From Planctomycetota bacterium (GTDB taxonomy: Bacteria; Planctomycetota; UBA1135; UBA2386), in contig CANMWZ010000003.1 of NCBI GenBank assembly GCA_947501605.1, positions 228,298-292,297 of the forward strand: 64,000 nt of DNA, in the 5' to 3' direction. Made by a program: the position numbers and the translations under genes. Shown here piece by piece: positions 19,516-29,924 of this stretch (positions are counted from its first letter, which is position 1; each line of letters starts with the position of its first letter). The notes under the pieces were generated by a model, which worked only from the letters and a program-made list of their open reading frames with translations, did not search any database and was not told the DNA's origin.

Positions 19516-20494
19516 GGGCCACCTCCCCGGTGCCGGCCGCGGCAGCGTCGTTGTTAGCGGCGGTCGGTGGCATCGTCAGTTTGCGGAACACATCCTCGAG
19601 GCTCGGCCGTTCGCGCAGCAGTTCGAGCAACGACCAGTTGTTCTTCACCACCAACCGCGCGATCGACTCCTCGAGCGGCGCTGTGCCCGTGCCGACTTCG
19701 ACCCTGAGGCGCAATGAATCGTCCGCGAGGGTCTCGATCACGACCTTGCGGCCCGGCAACAACTCGTGGAACTGCCGCTGCAAGGCCTCGAGCGGCGCGC
19801 GCACGTGCACTGTGATGACCGAGGCCGGCATGCTGGCGACAAGGTTGTCACGCGTATCGTCGGCCACGATCTCGCCCTGGTGAATCACGATCACTCGCGA
19901 GGCGGACTTCTCCACCTCTTGCAAGTAGTGCGTGCTCAGGATGACCGTGTGTTCTTGGCCGAGCCGCTCGATCAAGTGGCGCACTTCGATGATCTGGTTC
20001 GGGTCGAGGCCCGAGGTCGGTTCGTCGAGGATCAGCACCTCGGGCTCGTGAACAATGGCCTGGGCGAGACCGACGCGCTGGCGATAGCCCTTGCTCAACT
20101 CAACGATGTTCTTGCCGGTGACGCGACGCAAGCCGCAGAGCTCGACCGCGCGGTCGATGGCTACGCCCCGCTTCAGGATCGGCACACCACGGATCTCGGC
20201 GCAGAAGCGCAGATAGTCATCTACGCGCATCTCGCCATAGAGCGGTGTGCTCTCCGGCAGATAGCCGATACGCGAACGCACCTTCAGGGAATGCTCCACC
20301 ACGTCGAACCCGTCTACGGTTGCGCGTCCGGAGGTAGGCAAGAGGAAGCACGTCAGGATCTTCATCGTCGTCGACTTGCCGGCACCGTTGGGGCCCAGAA
20401 AGCCGATGACTTCGCCGCGCTGCACGCGGAACGAAATGCCCTTGAGGGCATGTGCCATACCGTAATCCTTGCGGAGACGTTCAACCTCGATCAT
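19508..20494 (-). CDS. GldA-like ABC ATPase
   Basis: GPNGAGKST, LSKGYRQRVGLA and LDEPTSGLDP. Confidence 0.92.
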   Translation of the reverse strand: MIEVERLRKDYGMAHALKGISFRVQRGEVIGFLGPNGAGKSTTMKILTCFLLPTSGRATVDGFDVVEHSLKVRSRIGYLPESTPLYGEMRVDDYLRFCAEIRGVPILKRGVAIDRAVELCGLRRVTGKNIVELSKGYRQRVGLAQAIVHEPEVLILDEPTSGLDPNQIIEVRHLIERLGQEHTVILSTHYLQEVEKSASRVIVIHQGEIVADDTRDNLVASMPASVITVHVRAPLEALQRQFHELLPGRKVVIETLADDSLRLRVEVGTGTAPLEESIARLVVKNNWSLLELLRERPSLEDVFRKLTMPPTAANNDAAAAGTGEVARA

Positions 20495-20604
20495 GGCTGT
20501 AGTGGATTCGTTCGCAGAAGTACCAGGGATGGAGAGGAGGACGAAAAGGCGCCCTGAACGCACACCCCCACTGTGCGAAACCGGGGGCGGCTACGCCGAC
20601 GCTT

Positions 20605-22011
20605 TCAGTCGTCGAGGCGGAACGAGTCGAGGAAGGCCTGGTTGCTATCGGTCTTCATCAATCGGTCGATCAAGAGCGGCATCGAGTCGAGTGCATTCAT
20701 GCGCGCAAGCACGCGCCGCAAGGTGTAGACCCGTGATGTCGTGTCTTTGCCGAGCAGCAGTTCTTCTTTGCGCGTTCCGGACAACTCGATGTCGATGGCA
20801 GGGAAGATGCGTCGCTCGGCGAGCTGACGGTTCAGGACGAGCTCCATGTTACCGGTGCCCTTGAACTCTTCGAAGATCACCTGGTCCATGCGCGACCCGG
20901 TGTCGACCAGAGTGGTCGCCAGGATCGTCAAGGATCCGCCTTCTTCGCAGTTGCGCGCCGCGCCGAAGAACTTCTTCGGCATCTCCAGCACCTTGCTGCC
21001 AATACCACCCGACATCGTGGCGCCGCCGCGGCCGCCAAGGAACGAGTTGTAGGCGCGGGTGAGACGCGTAATCGAATCGAGCAGGATGACCACATCGCGG
21101 CCAGCCTCGACCTGACGCTGAGCCCTCTTCAAGCACATCTCGGCAACTTCGATGTGGTGCTTGGGCCCTTCGTCGAGAGTCGACACCAACACTTCGCGGT
21201 TCTCGCCCTCGACGCTGCGCTTCCAACTGGTGGCCTCTTCAGGCCGCTCGTCGATGAGCAGCACCATCATGGCCACCTCGGGGTAGCGAGCGGCTATTGC
21301 GTGGCAAACCTTCTGCATCAGCACCGTCTTGCCCGAGCGCGGCGGTGCGACAACCAGCCCGCGTTGTCCTTTGCCTACCGGACAAAGCAGGTCGATGATG
21401 CGCAGGCTGATGTCCTCGTCGCCGGGTGCCAACACGAACTGTGGCTGTGGGTCGATGACGGTCAGATCCTTGAAGTTGGGCCGATCGCGTGCGTCCTCAG
21501 GGTCCATGCCGTCGATGCCTTCGACGTTGACCAGGGTCATTCGCTGCGGACCGCGCGTCGGGATGCCTGCTTGGCCATCCACTTCGGTCCCCTCCTGCAA
21601 TCGGTACTGACGAATCAGGGACAGCGGCACAAACGTGTCGCCGCCCGGAATCGAATCCGCGAGGTAGTGGTTGCGACGCTGGCGCAGCCAACCGTTGCCT
21701 TCCTTGGTGTACTCCAGCACGCCCACGACCTCTTCGGTTGGCCCCTGTGCCTCAGGCACAAAGTCCATCGGAGCACCGCCGCCGCCGCCGCCGCCGCCGC
21801 GGCTGCTGCTGCCGCCACCGCCGCCACCACCGCCACCACCACCGCCACCACCGCCACCACCGCCGCCGCCCTCACCGCCGCCGGCACCGCCGCCGGCACC
21901 GCCGCGACGGCGCCGCCGCCGCCTTCCGCCGCGCCAACGGCGACGATCGGGGCCACCACCTTGATCCGGAGCGGAACCGCCGCCACCTTCGAAGTCGTTC
22001 TCGATGCTCAT
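20605..22011 (-). CDS. rho: Transcription termination factor Rho with Gly/Arg low-complexity N-terminus
   Basis: [41 protein letters not shown] and SGTRKEELL; start set at MSIEND. Confidence 0.96.
   Translation of the reverse strand: MSIENDFEGGGGSAPDQGGGPDRRRWRGGRRRRRRRGGAGGGAGGGEGGGGGGGGGGGGGGGGGGGGSSSRGGGGGGGGAPMDFVPEAQGPTEEVVGVLEYTKEGNGWLRQRRNHYLADSIPGGDTFVPLSLIRQYRLQEGTEVDGQAGIPTRGPQRMTLVNVEGIDGMDPEDARDRPNFKDLTVIDPQPQFVLAPGDEDISLRIIDLLCPVGKGQRGLVVAPPRSGKTVLMQKVCHAIAARYPEVAMMVLLIDERPEEATSWKRSVEGENREVLVSTLDEGPKHHIEVAEMCLKRAQRQVEAGRDVVILLDSITRLTRAYNSFLGGRGGATMSGGIGSKVLEMPKKFFGAARNCEEGGSLTILATTLVDTGSRMDQVIFEEFKGTGNMELVLNRQLAERRIFPAIDIELSGTRKEELLLGKDTTSRVYTLRRVLARMNALDSMPLLIDRLMKTDSNQAFLDSFRLDD
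21776..21920. repeat. GGY trinucleotide tract encoding poly-Gly in rho
   Basis: Runs of 20 and 8 Gly codons plus an adjacent Arg run. Confidence 0.9.
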
Positions 22012-22637
22012 GGAGTGCATCCTGGGTGGGTGCCATGTCGGCACGCACCGTTGCTGGGCGGCAATCTGCCACCCGGCAAGCTGCGCACGATGCGAGGCCC
22101 GGCCTGCTGGCCAACCTCGCCCCGACAGCCAAACGGTCCGGATTTGCCGGCCTCTTGGCTTCAGAGGTCCCGGGGATCCGGGAGCCATCGCTCTACCTTT
22201 CCCCCGGAATCTCGGCTCATCGAGCCTCGACTGCAGGAGGAAATCTAACTGCGAGTCCTTCAGGAACACCCCGAAGGAGCGTCCAACAGGACCATCCCAG
22301 ATCCTGCTGGCCTCGCCTCCCGGACTCGGAGATCCCGCCATGCGGGACAACTTCTCGAGCCTCGAGACGGCCTAGGCGACGGACGCCTCAGGCCTGGGCG
22401 AGATTCGCGGGCGACAAACGCCGCGCGATGGGCAGGGACGGTAGCGAAGACCCTGGGACTACGCAAGCGCTTGGGGCAGATTCCTGTACACCGTTGGAGG
22501 ACGACGTTGCGCTGCCTGCCGGAATAGGCTACGAGCGCTCGCAGATCGTTGCAGCGCACTCAACCTGCTGTGCTCCGAAACCCGATTTGGGGAGTAGCAC
22601 CCGCCCCGCGGACGCGACCCCAGCAACTCCACGACCG

Positions 22638-23276
22638 ATGCAGAACCCTAGCGATCCCGATCTCCGCTTCCGACTCGAAGACGATGAGGAAGGCCCTCCC
22701 GGCCAGCAACCCCAGGAGAAAAGCCAACCCGGCTATCTCGAACGGTTGATGCTCGACTCGCGGACGCTGCTGCTCAGCGGGCCCGTGAACGACAAAATGC
22801 TCAAGGACGCGACCGTGCGTTGCTTGGCCATGGAAGCGCGTGACCCCAAGCGGGTCATCAACGTGCTCATCAACTCGCCTGGCGGCTCGGCCGACGCCGG
22901 ATTTGCCATCTACGACCTCCTGCGCTTCATCCGGCCGCCCGTCCAGACTGTGGTGAACGGCCTGTGCGCCTCAGCCGGCATCCTCATCCAACTAGCCGCC
23001 GAGAAGAAGCGGCGGTTCACGCTGCCGGAGTCGCGCTTCATGATCCACCAACCGTCGACGATGGGCCGCGGCACCGCCAGCGACCTCGACATCACGGCGC
23101 GGGAGATCCTGAAGATGCGCGACCGCTACAACAAGATCATCGCCGAGACGACCAACCGGAAGCCCGAGGTGGTGCTCGAGGACGCACGCCGCGACTTCTG
23201 GCTCGACGCCGGTGCGGCGCTTGAATACGGCCTCGTCAGCAAGATCATCCAAAAGCGCGACGAATTGCCGGAGTGA
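22638..23276 (+). CDS. clpP: ATP-dependent Clp protease proteolytic subunit
   Basis: INSPGG, CASAG (Ser), MIHQP (His), RRDFW (Asp) and EYGLV. Confidence 0.93.
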   Translation: MQNPSDPDLRFRLEDDEEGPPGQQPQEKSQPGYLERLMLDSRTLLLSGPVNDKMLKDATVRCLAMEARDPKRVINVLINSPGGSADAGFAIYDLLRFIRPPVQTVVNGLCASAGILIQLAAEKKRRFTLPESRFMIHQPSTMGRGTASDLDITAREILKMRDRYNKIIAETTNRKPEVVLEDARRDFWLDAGAALEYGLVSKIIQKRDELPE

Positions 23277-23348
23277 TGGCTGAGGGCGGCGATTGCCGCT
23301 GCCCCCCCTTCCGAACCGGGTCGGCGCGCTCCACGTTGGCGCTTCTGC

Positions 23349-24899
23349 ATGCACCGACTTCGGCTCTTTTGTCACTGCGGGCTGTACGTCGCCGCGGCGC
23401 TGTCGGCACAGGAACGTCCGCCCGCAGTATCGGGCTTGGTTACCGATGATAGCGGGGCGGCCCTGCCGTCCGCGGCAGTGCAGTTCGTACCCGACGCGGC
23501 ACCCGACCTGCCGTCGCTGCGCGAACTACTCCCCCTCCGCAGCGCGCTCACCACGACAACCGACGCACGCGGTGTGTTCCGGGTCTTGAGCAGTGGTCCC
23601 GGCCTGCTCTTCGTGACAACTCCTGCGGGACTCGGCGGAGTGGTCCCGCGCGCGTGGCCCCAGCGTGCTGTGCGCATGCGTATGCGACCCATGGCCGAAG
23701 TGCGCCTTGCAGACGTCGAGGACATCGAGCTGTGGCCGGCACGGATCGAGGATGGCAACGACGGGGAGCGGCGCCGACTGCCAGCGATGCGCGGGACCGC
23801 GATTCGGCTCCCAGAGGGTCGCTACGAGATCTGGTGCAAGACGACGCGCGGATTCCTCTGGCAGAGTCTGTCGTTGCGTTCTGGCGAGCACTTCACGCTG
23901 ACAATGCCCACCACTGCCGTCGAAGTGCGGACCGAGAAGGGGTCGGGACTGCAGCCCTTGGGCTTTGCTGACGTCAGGCTGCTGGCCACAGAACAAAGCA
24001 CGGCGCGACTTCTCGGTGCCGCCAGCACAGCATCCCTGCTGGAGACCAATGCACTCGGTGGCCTCGAGGGAGTGCGGCACGGAGCAGCACTGGATCGCAC
24101 GATCCCGACCTATGTCATGGCCGCCCTCGACGTTCACGAGGCACCCCAAGACGCCCATGCCTACGTGGTGGAGGGCACGGCAGCGGGCACGTTCAGGCCC
24201 ATTGCAAGTGCGCAACTGCAGGGTGGCAAGGCTCAGTTGCCGCTGCCGGCGGAAGGCGGCAACAACTGGGTCCTCGTCCTAGCAAAGGGGCGGGCAGCAC
24301 GGGCGCTTCCGTGCGCCAACGTCACCGCGACGCCGTCGCTCGCGTTCGGTCCGGACAAGACCCTCGCATGCACAGTGCGGCATCCTGACGGGCAGCCGGC
24401 CGCCGCCGTCGCAATCACGTTCGAACCGCTGGAAGCAGGCCCGATCACCGCACTCGTCTACACCGACGAACTAGGCAATGCCCCACTCGGCCCGATCGCC
24501 GGGGCTGGAGTCCTCCGCATCGATCACGGCGGCTACCTGCCGACCTCGATCGCCATCGGCGAAAGCGACGCCGCCCCGGTTTCGATTCGCCTTGATGCAG
24601 GCCACACCCTCCGCGGCACGGCGACTCTTGCCGATGGCACTCCGCTCGGCGGGGTCGCGGTCAGCCTGCGTGCGCCCGACGGCACAATGCGCAGCAGGGT
24701 GCGCGCGACCTCGACGCACGCCGACGGGACCTTCGCATTTGCGGGACTCGACGACGCGACCCGGCTCGTGGTGTTTGCAACGGCCACGCGCGCAGGCAGG
24801 ACCTTCAGCGCTCGCGCGGACAGCTTCGGCGGCAAGGACCTGGTGCTGGTGCTCCGCGACGAAGACCCTGAACTGCAGCCGCCTCTGCGTCGCCCCTGA
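23349..24899 (+). CDS. Secreted carboxypeptidase-regulatory-like domain protein
   Basis: Signal peptide; repeated motifs such as GLVTDDSG, TDARGVF and THADGTFAFAGL. Confidence 0.7.
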   Translation: MHRLRLFCHCGLYVAAALSAQERPPAVSGLVTDDSGAALPSAAVQFVPDAAPDLPSLRELLPLRSALTTTTDARGVFRVLSSGPGLLFVTTPAGLGGVVPRAWPQRAVRMRMRPMAEVRLADVEDIELWPARIEDGNDGERRRLPAMRGTAIRLPEGRYEIWCKTTRGFLWQSLSLRSGEHFTLTMPTTAVEVRTEKGSGLQPLGFADVRLLATEQSTARLLGAASTASLLETNALGGLEGVRHGAALDRTIPTYVMAALDVHEAPQDAHAYVVEGTAAGTFRPIASAQLQGGKAQLPLPAEGGNNWVLVLAKGRAARALPCANVTATPSLAFGPDKTLACTVRHPDGQPAAAVAITFEPLEAGPITALVYTDELGNAPLGPIAGAGVLRIDHGGYLPTSIAIGESDAAPVSIRLDAGHTLRGTATLADGTPLGGVAVSLRAPDGTMRSRVRATSTHADGTFAFAGLDDATRLVVFATATRAGRTFSARADSFGGKDLVLVLRDEDPELQPPLRRP

Positions 24900-24948
24900 A
24901 GGACTCGTGCCGGAAGAACTCGGGCGCACGCAGCCGAGCCGCACCGAC

Positions 24949-25725
24949 TCAATAGAGCAGCGTTGCCAAACGGCGACGGTAGTCATCGACCAGTTCCTCG
25001 TCCTCACCAAACAGCTGGAAGCAAAGCAGCATGCCCTTGCGGGCGAGCCCGCCCGCGAACGCCTTGTCCACTGCGACAGACTCGAGAATCTGCTCCATCG
25101 CAGACTCGATCTCGCCCGCCACCAACAGCTCGCGAGCCCGCAGCAGAATCGCCCCAGGCCCTGGAGCAGTAGCGGGGAGAGCGGTCTCCAGGAATGCGAG
25201 CGCATCCCCCAGTCGCCCGACGCGCTCGAACAGCACATCGTCGTCAGGAAACGTATCGAGCTCGCGACGTGCGCTCGCCGCATCGCCGCGCCGGGCAAAC
25301 TCCAGCGCACGCCCGAATCGCGCCACCGGACTCTGCGGATCGACGGCAACCGCCGCCACCGTCGGCTCGGCTACAGCCGCCTTGATCGGGATCGCGTTGC
25401 GCTGAAGGAACCGACGGACCTCGGTGTCGCGCAGGGCGCCGGTGAACGCGTCCACTGGCTTGCCGCCATCCATCAGCACACAAAACGGGATCCCCTGCAC
25501 CTGGAACGCCTGGGCGAGGTCCGGCTGCGCCTCGGTATCTACTTTTCCCAACACGAACCCACCACCGTACTCCTCGGCCAACGCCTCCAACAGGGGACCG
25601 AGTTCTTTGCACGGACCACACCACTCAGCCCAGAAGTCCAGCAGCACGGGCGTCGTGCGCGAACGATCGAGGACGTCCGCTTGGAAGTTGGCGGCCGTGA
25701 CGTCGAAAACGAAGCGTTCGATCAT
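24949..25725 (-). CDS. cnoX: Thioredoxin-TPR chaperedoxin (CnoX/YbbN)
   Basis: DFWAEWCGPC and C-terminal YRRRLATLLY. Confidence 0.9.
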   Translation of the reverse strand: MIERFVFDVTAANFQADVLDRSRTTPVLLDFWAEWCGPCKELGPLLEALAEEYGGGFVLGKVDTEAQPDLAQAFQVQGIPFCVLMDGGKPVDAFTGALRDTEVRRFLQRNAIPIKAAVAEPTVAAVAVDPQSPVARFGRALEFARRGDAASARRELDTFPDDDVLFERVGRLGDALAFLETALPATAPGPGAILLRARELLVAGEIESAMEQILESVAVDKAFAGGLARKGMLLCFQLFGEDEELVDDYRRRLATLLY

Positions 25726-25780
25726 GCTGCCTTCTTAGGCGGCCGTCTCGACGCGGTCAAACGCGAGGATCGGCGCGAGC

Positions 25781-26590
25781 TCAGACCACGGTCGAACTGC
25801 CGATCTGCCGCAGCGTGGAGTCGAGCAACTGCAGCACGGCATAGCCGATGCCGCATTGCAGCGCGAACAACAGCGTCGCGAGCACGGAGCCACCGACGGA
25901 CAGCGGATAGCAGAGTCGGTTCAAGATGACCACGAGCACGGCACTACCGCCCATCGCTACCGTCATTGCTGCCGAATCGAGCGGGACGAACGCCGTCTCA
26001 ACAGTCGCTCCTACCAACAGGCACGCGGCAAAGCCAAGCGAGGGCCCGAACCCGACGGGATCCGGCGAAGACAATCGCGCCGAAAAATGCGATGCCAGCG
26101 ACACCAGCGCGAACAACATCGCCGCGAGACTGACCCACTGGTAGCCCTCGGACGGAAACAACCAAGGATAGTCTTGCTGTAGCGCCTCCCGGCGCGCCTG
26201 CCATGCACTGGTAAAGCCACGGCCGTTGGCTGCACTGCTGGCGCGTGGATGCTTGGCCACTGGCCTTGCCACCGCGACGACCTCGCCATCCGGTTGGGCA
26301 ACGGCGCGCGCTTCCGCCTCGCCGGCACTCCCCGTTGCCGGCATCTCGCTTTCGATCGACTCCCCGTCAGCGACAGGCTTGGGGTTTTGGAAGCGGCATG
26401 AGCGCCACTGGTTTGAGTTGTAGACCCGACGCTCGCCGCCGACTTCTACGACCAACCGCGTTTTGTAGATCTCCAACACCGGACCGTTGATCACGGTGCC
26501 ATCTTCCAATTCGAGAGTCACGGTGCGCTGCTGTGCCGATGCCGTCGCACAACAAACCAAGCTGGTCAGGAGCAGGACGAGCGTGCGCAT
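25781..26590 (-). CDS. Hypothetical protein: signal peptide, small beta domain, ~4 C-terminal TM helices
   Basis: MRTLVLLL...ASAQ signal peptide; hydrophobic C-terminus; co-oriented with neighbours. Confidence 0.65.
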   Translation of the reverse strand: MRTLVLLLTSLVCCATASAQQRTVTLELEDGTVINGPVLEIYKTRLVVEVGGERRVYNSNQWRSCRFQNPKPVADGESIESEMPATGSAGEAEARAVAQPDGEVVAVARPVAKHPRASSAANGRGFTSAWQARREALQQDYPWLFPSEGYQWVSLAAMLFALVSLASHFSARLSSPDPVGFGPSLGFAACLLVGATVETAFVPLDSAAMTVAMGGSAVLVVILNRLCYPLSVGGSVLATLLFALQCGIGYAVLQLLDSTLRQIGSSTVV

Positions 26591-26724
26591 GGGCTTGCAA
26601 TCGGCCGAGCGCTGCCTCGCCTTGAACCGAGGCGTCCACCGGCGGGACCAATCCCAAGCCGACAACGTCACTCGCTTGGCGATCGAACGCCAAACGACCG
26701 TGTCAGCAAGCGTTCGTCACCAAC

Positions 26725-27657
26725 TCAGCGAACCAGTTTCCAAGACAGCCACACCGGCCGCCGGGCGTCATCCGCTTCGGCATTGGCGTCAAGCCACTGG
26801 ATCTGGGCGTCCCGCAGCAGGAGGTGACGATCGCGCTGGCCGCCAGCCGCAGTCGCCTGCACGGCAACATGGTGCACCGTAGCCGCAAGCTGCCGGACCT
26901 CGAACACGTTGGGTGCCGACAGCAGCGCTGCGTCGGCAAGACTCATCGCCCGCTCCAGCTCCTGCGCCGAGAGAAAGAGGGCCGCTTGCAGCAGCTGCAA
27001 CTCGAGCGGAGCGTCATCCCACTCGTTCGCCAGGGTCGTGACAATCTCGAGCGACGGCATCGGCGATCCCTCCTGCTGCAGCGACTCCAGCAGGGCGACA
27101 GTACGAGCTTCAAGACTGCCACTCGCATCGACTTCCAGGCCCTGCCTCGCACTGGCCTTCGATTGCCCCGCACCAAGACGCGACGCGGCTTGCCAGCACA
27201 GAAACCAGTCCTCGGCAGCGCGGCTCTTCGCTGCCGCCTGCTCGCCGTACGACAGGGCTTGTTGCAGTATCTGTCGCTGCGCGCTCGCGTCGACCGCCGC
27301 GGTCGCCTGGTGTCGGAACCACGCCACTGCCGCCGTGCGCAGCGTGAGTTCGCCACCATCTTCGACGAGCTTCTCGATGTAGGCGATTGCTCGCTCGTAG
27401 CGCTTCCGCGCGAGTTCCAGCCGAGCCAGCGCGAGCAACGCTTCGTGATCTTCCTCACCGAGTTCGAGCAGACCCGCGACCAGGCGGGAGACATCCGCTT
27501 CCTGCCCGCGCGGCGCAGCGAGAGCAAGCGTGACGTCCTCCAACAGCTTCTCGCGAACGGCGGCGGCCTGCTGGGCTTCACTCCAACTCCGATAGACAAA
27601 CAAACCGACGACGGCAACAGCGAGAGCGACGACGAGCGACAGCGAACGGTTGCGCAT
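26725..27657 (-). CDS. Membrane-anchored TPR-like protein
   Basis: N-terminal TM helix and Ala/Leu-rich helical repeats. Confidence 0.65.
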   Translation of the reverse strand: MRNRSLSLVVALAVAVVGLFVYRSWSEAQQAAAVREKLLEDVTLALAAPRGQEADVSRLVAGLLELGEEDHEALLALARLELARKRYERAIAYIEKLVEDGGELTLRTAAVAWFRHQATAAVDASAQRQILQQALSYGEQAAAKSRAAEDWFLCWQAASRLGAGQSKASARQGLEVDASGSLEARTVALLESLQQEGSPMPSLEIVTTLANEWDDAPLELQLLQAALFLSAQELERAMSLADAALLSAPNVFEVRQLAATVHHVAVQATAAGGQRDRHLLLRDAQIQWLDANAEADDARRPVWLSWKLVR

Positions 27658-27689
27658 GGTCCTGTGAATCCGGTCTCGACTCGGACGGC

Positions 27690-29057
27690 TCAGACGAGCT
27701 TGACAGCGATCATGGTGTAATCGTCGCCGAAGACACCGCCAGTATGACGTCGCAGAGCCTGTTCGACGCCGGCCAGCACACCCTCTGCCGACTCGTCGCG
27801 CAGCGAGCGAATCACCTCATGAAGGCGGGCCTCGCCAAAGGTCGCGCGCGTGGGCGACATCGCCTCGTCGACTCCGTCGGTGTGGAAGAACAGCAAATCG
27901 CCCTTCTGCAGCGACACCTCCGGGCTGACCGCGTACTGCTGGCCGCCGACGACCCCGAGCACCATGCCGGTCTTCTCCAAAGGCGTCACGGCGTTCCCGC
28001 GGCAGTGGATGAGGCATGGATGTCCGCCATTGACGAACCGTACTGTTCCTGCGCGCGGGTCAATCCGCGCAACCAGGAGGGACATGAAGTTGCCGGTCTC
28101 GACGGCAGCGACGAGACGTTGGTTGAGTCGCGTCACGACCTCGCTGAGGTCGTCGACGAGTTCCAGGTAGCTGCGCAATGCGGCCTGCGCGGCGTGGCCG
28201 AGCAACGCCGCGCCAATGCCGTGCCCCGTGACGTCGCCGATCATCACTGCCATGCCACCGCCTGCTACTGGCACGAAATCGTAGCTGTCGCCACTTGCCT
28301 TCGACGCGGCGCCGTAGCGCAGCGCGAAGTCGAGGCCATCGCAGTCTTGCGGCACGTGCGGCATCAAGTGCTGCTGAATGCGCTGCGCGATCTCGACGTC
28401 CTTCTGCAGTCGCACTTTCTCGAGCGAGTCGGCATGCAATCGCGCATTCTCCAGGCTCACGGCCAACTGGGCCGAGATCGCCGAGAACAAGGCCAAGTCG
28501 CGATCCGAGAACTCTCGACGCGCGGCGCGAGAATCGACATAGATGACGCCGACGATGCGCTGGCCCGCGATCAGCGGAGCGCACATGACGGCGCGCAGCT
28601 TGAGGTCATACACGGACTGACCCAGTTCGAGTGCTTCTCGGTCCGAGTTGACCACGGAACGCACCGCCTCGCGATCGTCGAGACAACGGCGGACCAGCGT
28701 CCGGCTCCATTGCTGCTCGCCCGGCATCGCCTTGCCATCGCGATCCTGGGCGATTCGGATCTCGAGTTTCGCCTCCGTGTCGCCGAGCAGCAGGATCGCG
28801 CGCTCCGCCTGAGTGACCTCGAGCGAGCGATCGACGACGAGCTTCAGCACCGTGTCGAGGTCGATGTTCGCGCTCACCGCGGCGATCGTGTCCAGCAGGA
28901 TGCGCAGCGATCGCTGATCGGCTCGGGCCTCACCGGTCAAGAACGTCGAACTGTCCCCGAGCCGATGGTCGCCCCCACCCCCCTTGTCGGAGCGGGCACG
29001 ACCCTCGGGAGGAGTCTGTTCGGACCGCTGCCAAATCCTGTTCCAGAACCGCTTCAT
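27690..29057 (-). CDS. GAF-domain PP2C (SpoIIE/RsbU-type) phosphatase
   Basis: GAF region (VMCAPL, GVIYVDS, FSDRD); GDSYD, GDVTGHG, HTDG and DDYT metal-binding motifs. Confidence 0.92.
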   Translation of the reverse strand: MKRFWNRIWQRSEQTPPEGRARSDKGGGGDHRLGDSSTFLTGEARADQRSLRILLDTIAAVSANIDLDTVLKLVVDRSLEVTQAERAILLLGDTEAKLEIRIAQDRDGKAMPGEQQWSRTLVRRCLDDREAVRSVVNSDREALELGQSVYDLKLRAVMCAPLIAGQRIVGVIYVDSRAARREFSDRDLALFSAISAQLAVSLENARLHADSLEKVRLQKDVEIAQRIQQHLMPHVPQDCDGLDFALRYGAASKASGDSYDFVPVAGGGMAVMIGDVTGHGIGAALLGHAAQAALRSYLELVDDLSEVVTRLNQRLVAAVETGNFMSLLVARIDPRAGTVRFVNGGHPCLIHCRGNAVTPLEKTGMVLGVVGGQQYAVSPEVSLQKGDLLFFHTDGVDEAMSPTRATFGEARLHEVIRSLRDESAEGVLAGVEQALRRHTGGVFGDDYTMIAVKLV

Positions 29058-29165
29058 GCGAGTCGCAGACTCTACAAGATTGCGCCGCGCGTCCCGCTAG
29101 GCCAAAATCCGGTCGCCCTGCGGAGCCCCGGCTCGAGCCGACCCCATGCCCGCCGGTCGCATCCC

Positions 29166-29924
29166 ATGAAGATCGACAAGTCCACGTTCGATGACCACGC
29201 CGTCCTCACCCTCAAGGGAGAATTCGACACCTTCTACTGCCCCAGCCTGCAGCAGGAAGTCGAAGCTCTCGTGGATCGAGGTATCAATCACCTGATCCTC
29301 GACCTGCGAATGGTCAAGTTCATCAACTCGACCGCGCTGGGTGCGATCATCAAGGCGCACAAGCGATGCCGCGCGGAGGCCGGCGAGCTAGTCGTCTCGC
29401 AGCCTTCCAGCTTTGTCCGCGACGTGATCAAGAAGGTCGGGATCGACAAGCTGATCACCATCTGCGACACCGAGCAGGAAGCACAGAAGGCGATCATCAA
29501 GCACATGAACCAGCGGGAACTGGCCGGCAACGCACCGGTCGACCACGAGAAGGTTCTGCTCTCCTTCCCAGACGAAACCCGCAACAAGATGCTCGGCCAA
29601 AAGCGCGCGACGCTGGTCGGCACCATGGCGAACGTCGACGGCAGCAAGGCCCAGTTTCTGTGGAACGGCACCAAGACGGGGCTGTCCGTGGATCAGGCCA
29701 AGACGCTGTTCTTCAAGGATGGCGAGGTCCACCTGAAGTTTCAGGTCAAGATGATCAAGAAGAGCTTCTTCGAACTGCGCGGCAAAGTGACGCAGACAGA
29801 GGCGGCTGAGGACGGCGGCATTCGCGTCACCGTGCACTTCGCCGGCATCGATGCCAGCGATCGCGACGCACTGTCGCAGTTCGCCGAGGACATGGCGTTC
29901 TTGAAGCGCCAACTTCCCGGCTGA
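29166..29924 (+). CDS. STAS anti-anti-sigma domain fused to a PilZ-like C-terminal domain
   Basis: LKGEFD and LDLRMVKFINSTALG; C-terminal FELRGKV...VTVHFAGIDASDRDALSQF. Confidence 0.8.
   Translation: MKIDKSTFDDHAVLTLKGEFDTFYCPSLQQEVEALVDRGINHLILDLRMVKFINSTALGAIIKAHKRCRAEAGELVVSQPSSFVRDVIKKVGIDKLITICDTEQEAQKAIIKHMNQRELAGNAPVDHEKVLLSFPDETRNKMLGQKRATLVGTMANVDGSKAQFLWNGTKTGLSVDQAKTLFFKDGEVHLKFQVKMIKKSFFELRGKVTQTEAAEDGGIRVTVHFAGIDASDRDALSQFAEDMAFLKRQLPG

Noticed and set aside
15340..20494. Gld-like ABC operon as evidence of gliding motility
   Set aside because: GldA/F/G-DUF4340 operons are widespread in non-gliding bacteria, and no T9SS or motor genes are here.
22012..22637. Long N-terminal extensions of Rho and ClpP in the ORF track
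   Set aside because: The two extensions overlap each other in a divergent spacer; internal ATGs at 22011 and 22638 fit better.
27744..29165. 726-aa version of the STAS protein
   Set aside because: The upstream part is antisense to the PP2C phosphatase; the plausible start is ATG 29166.
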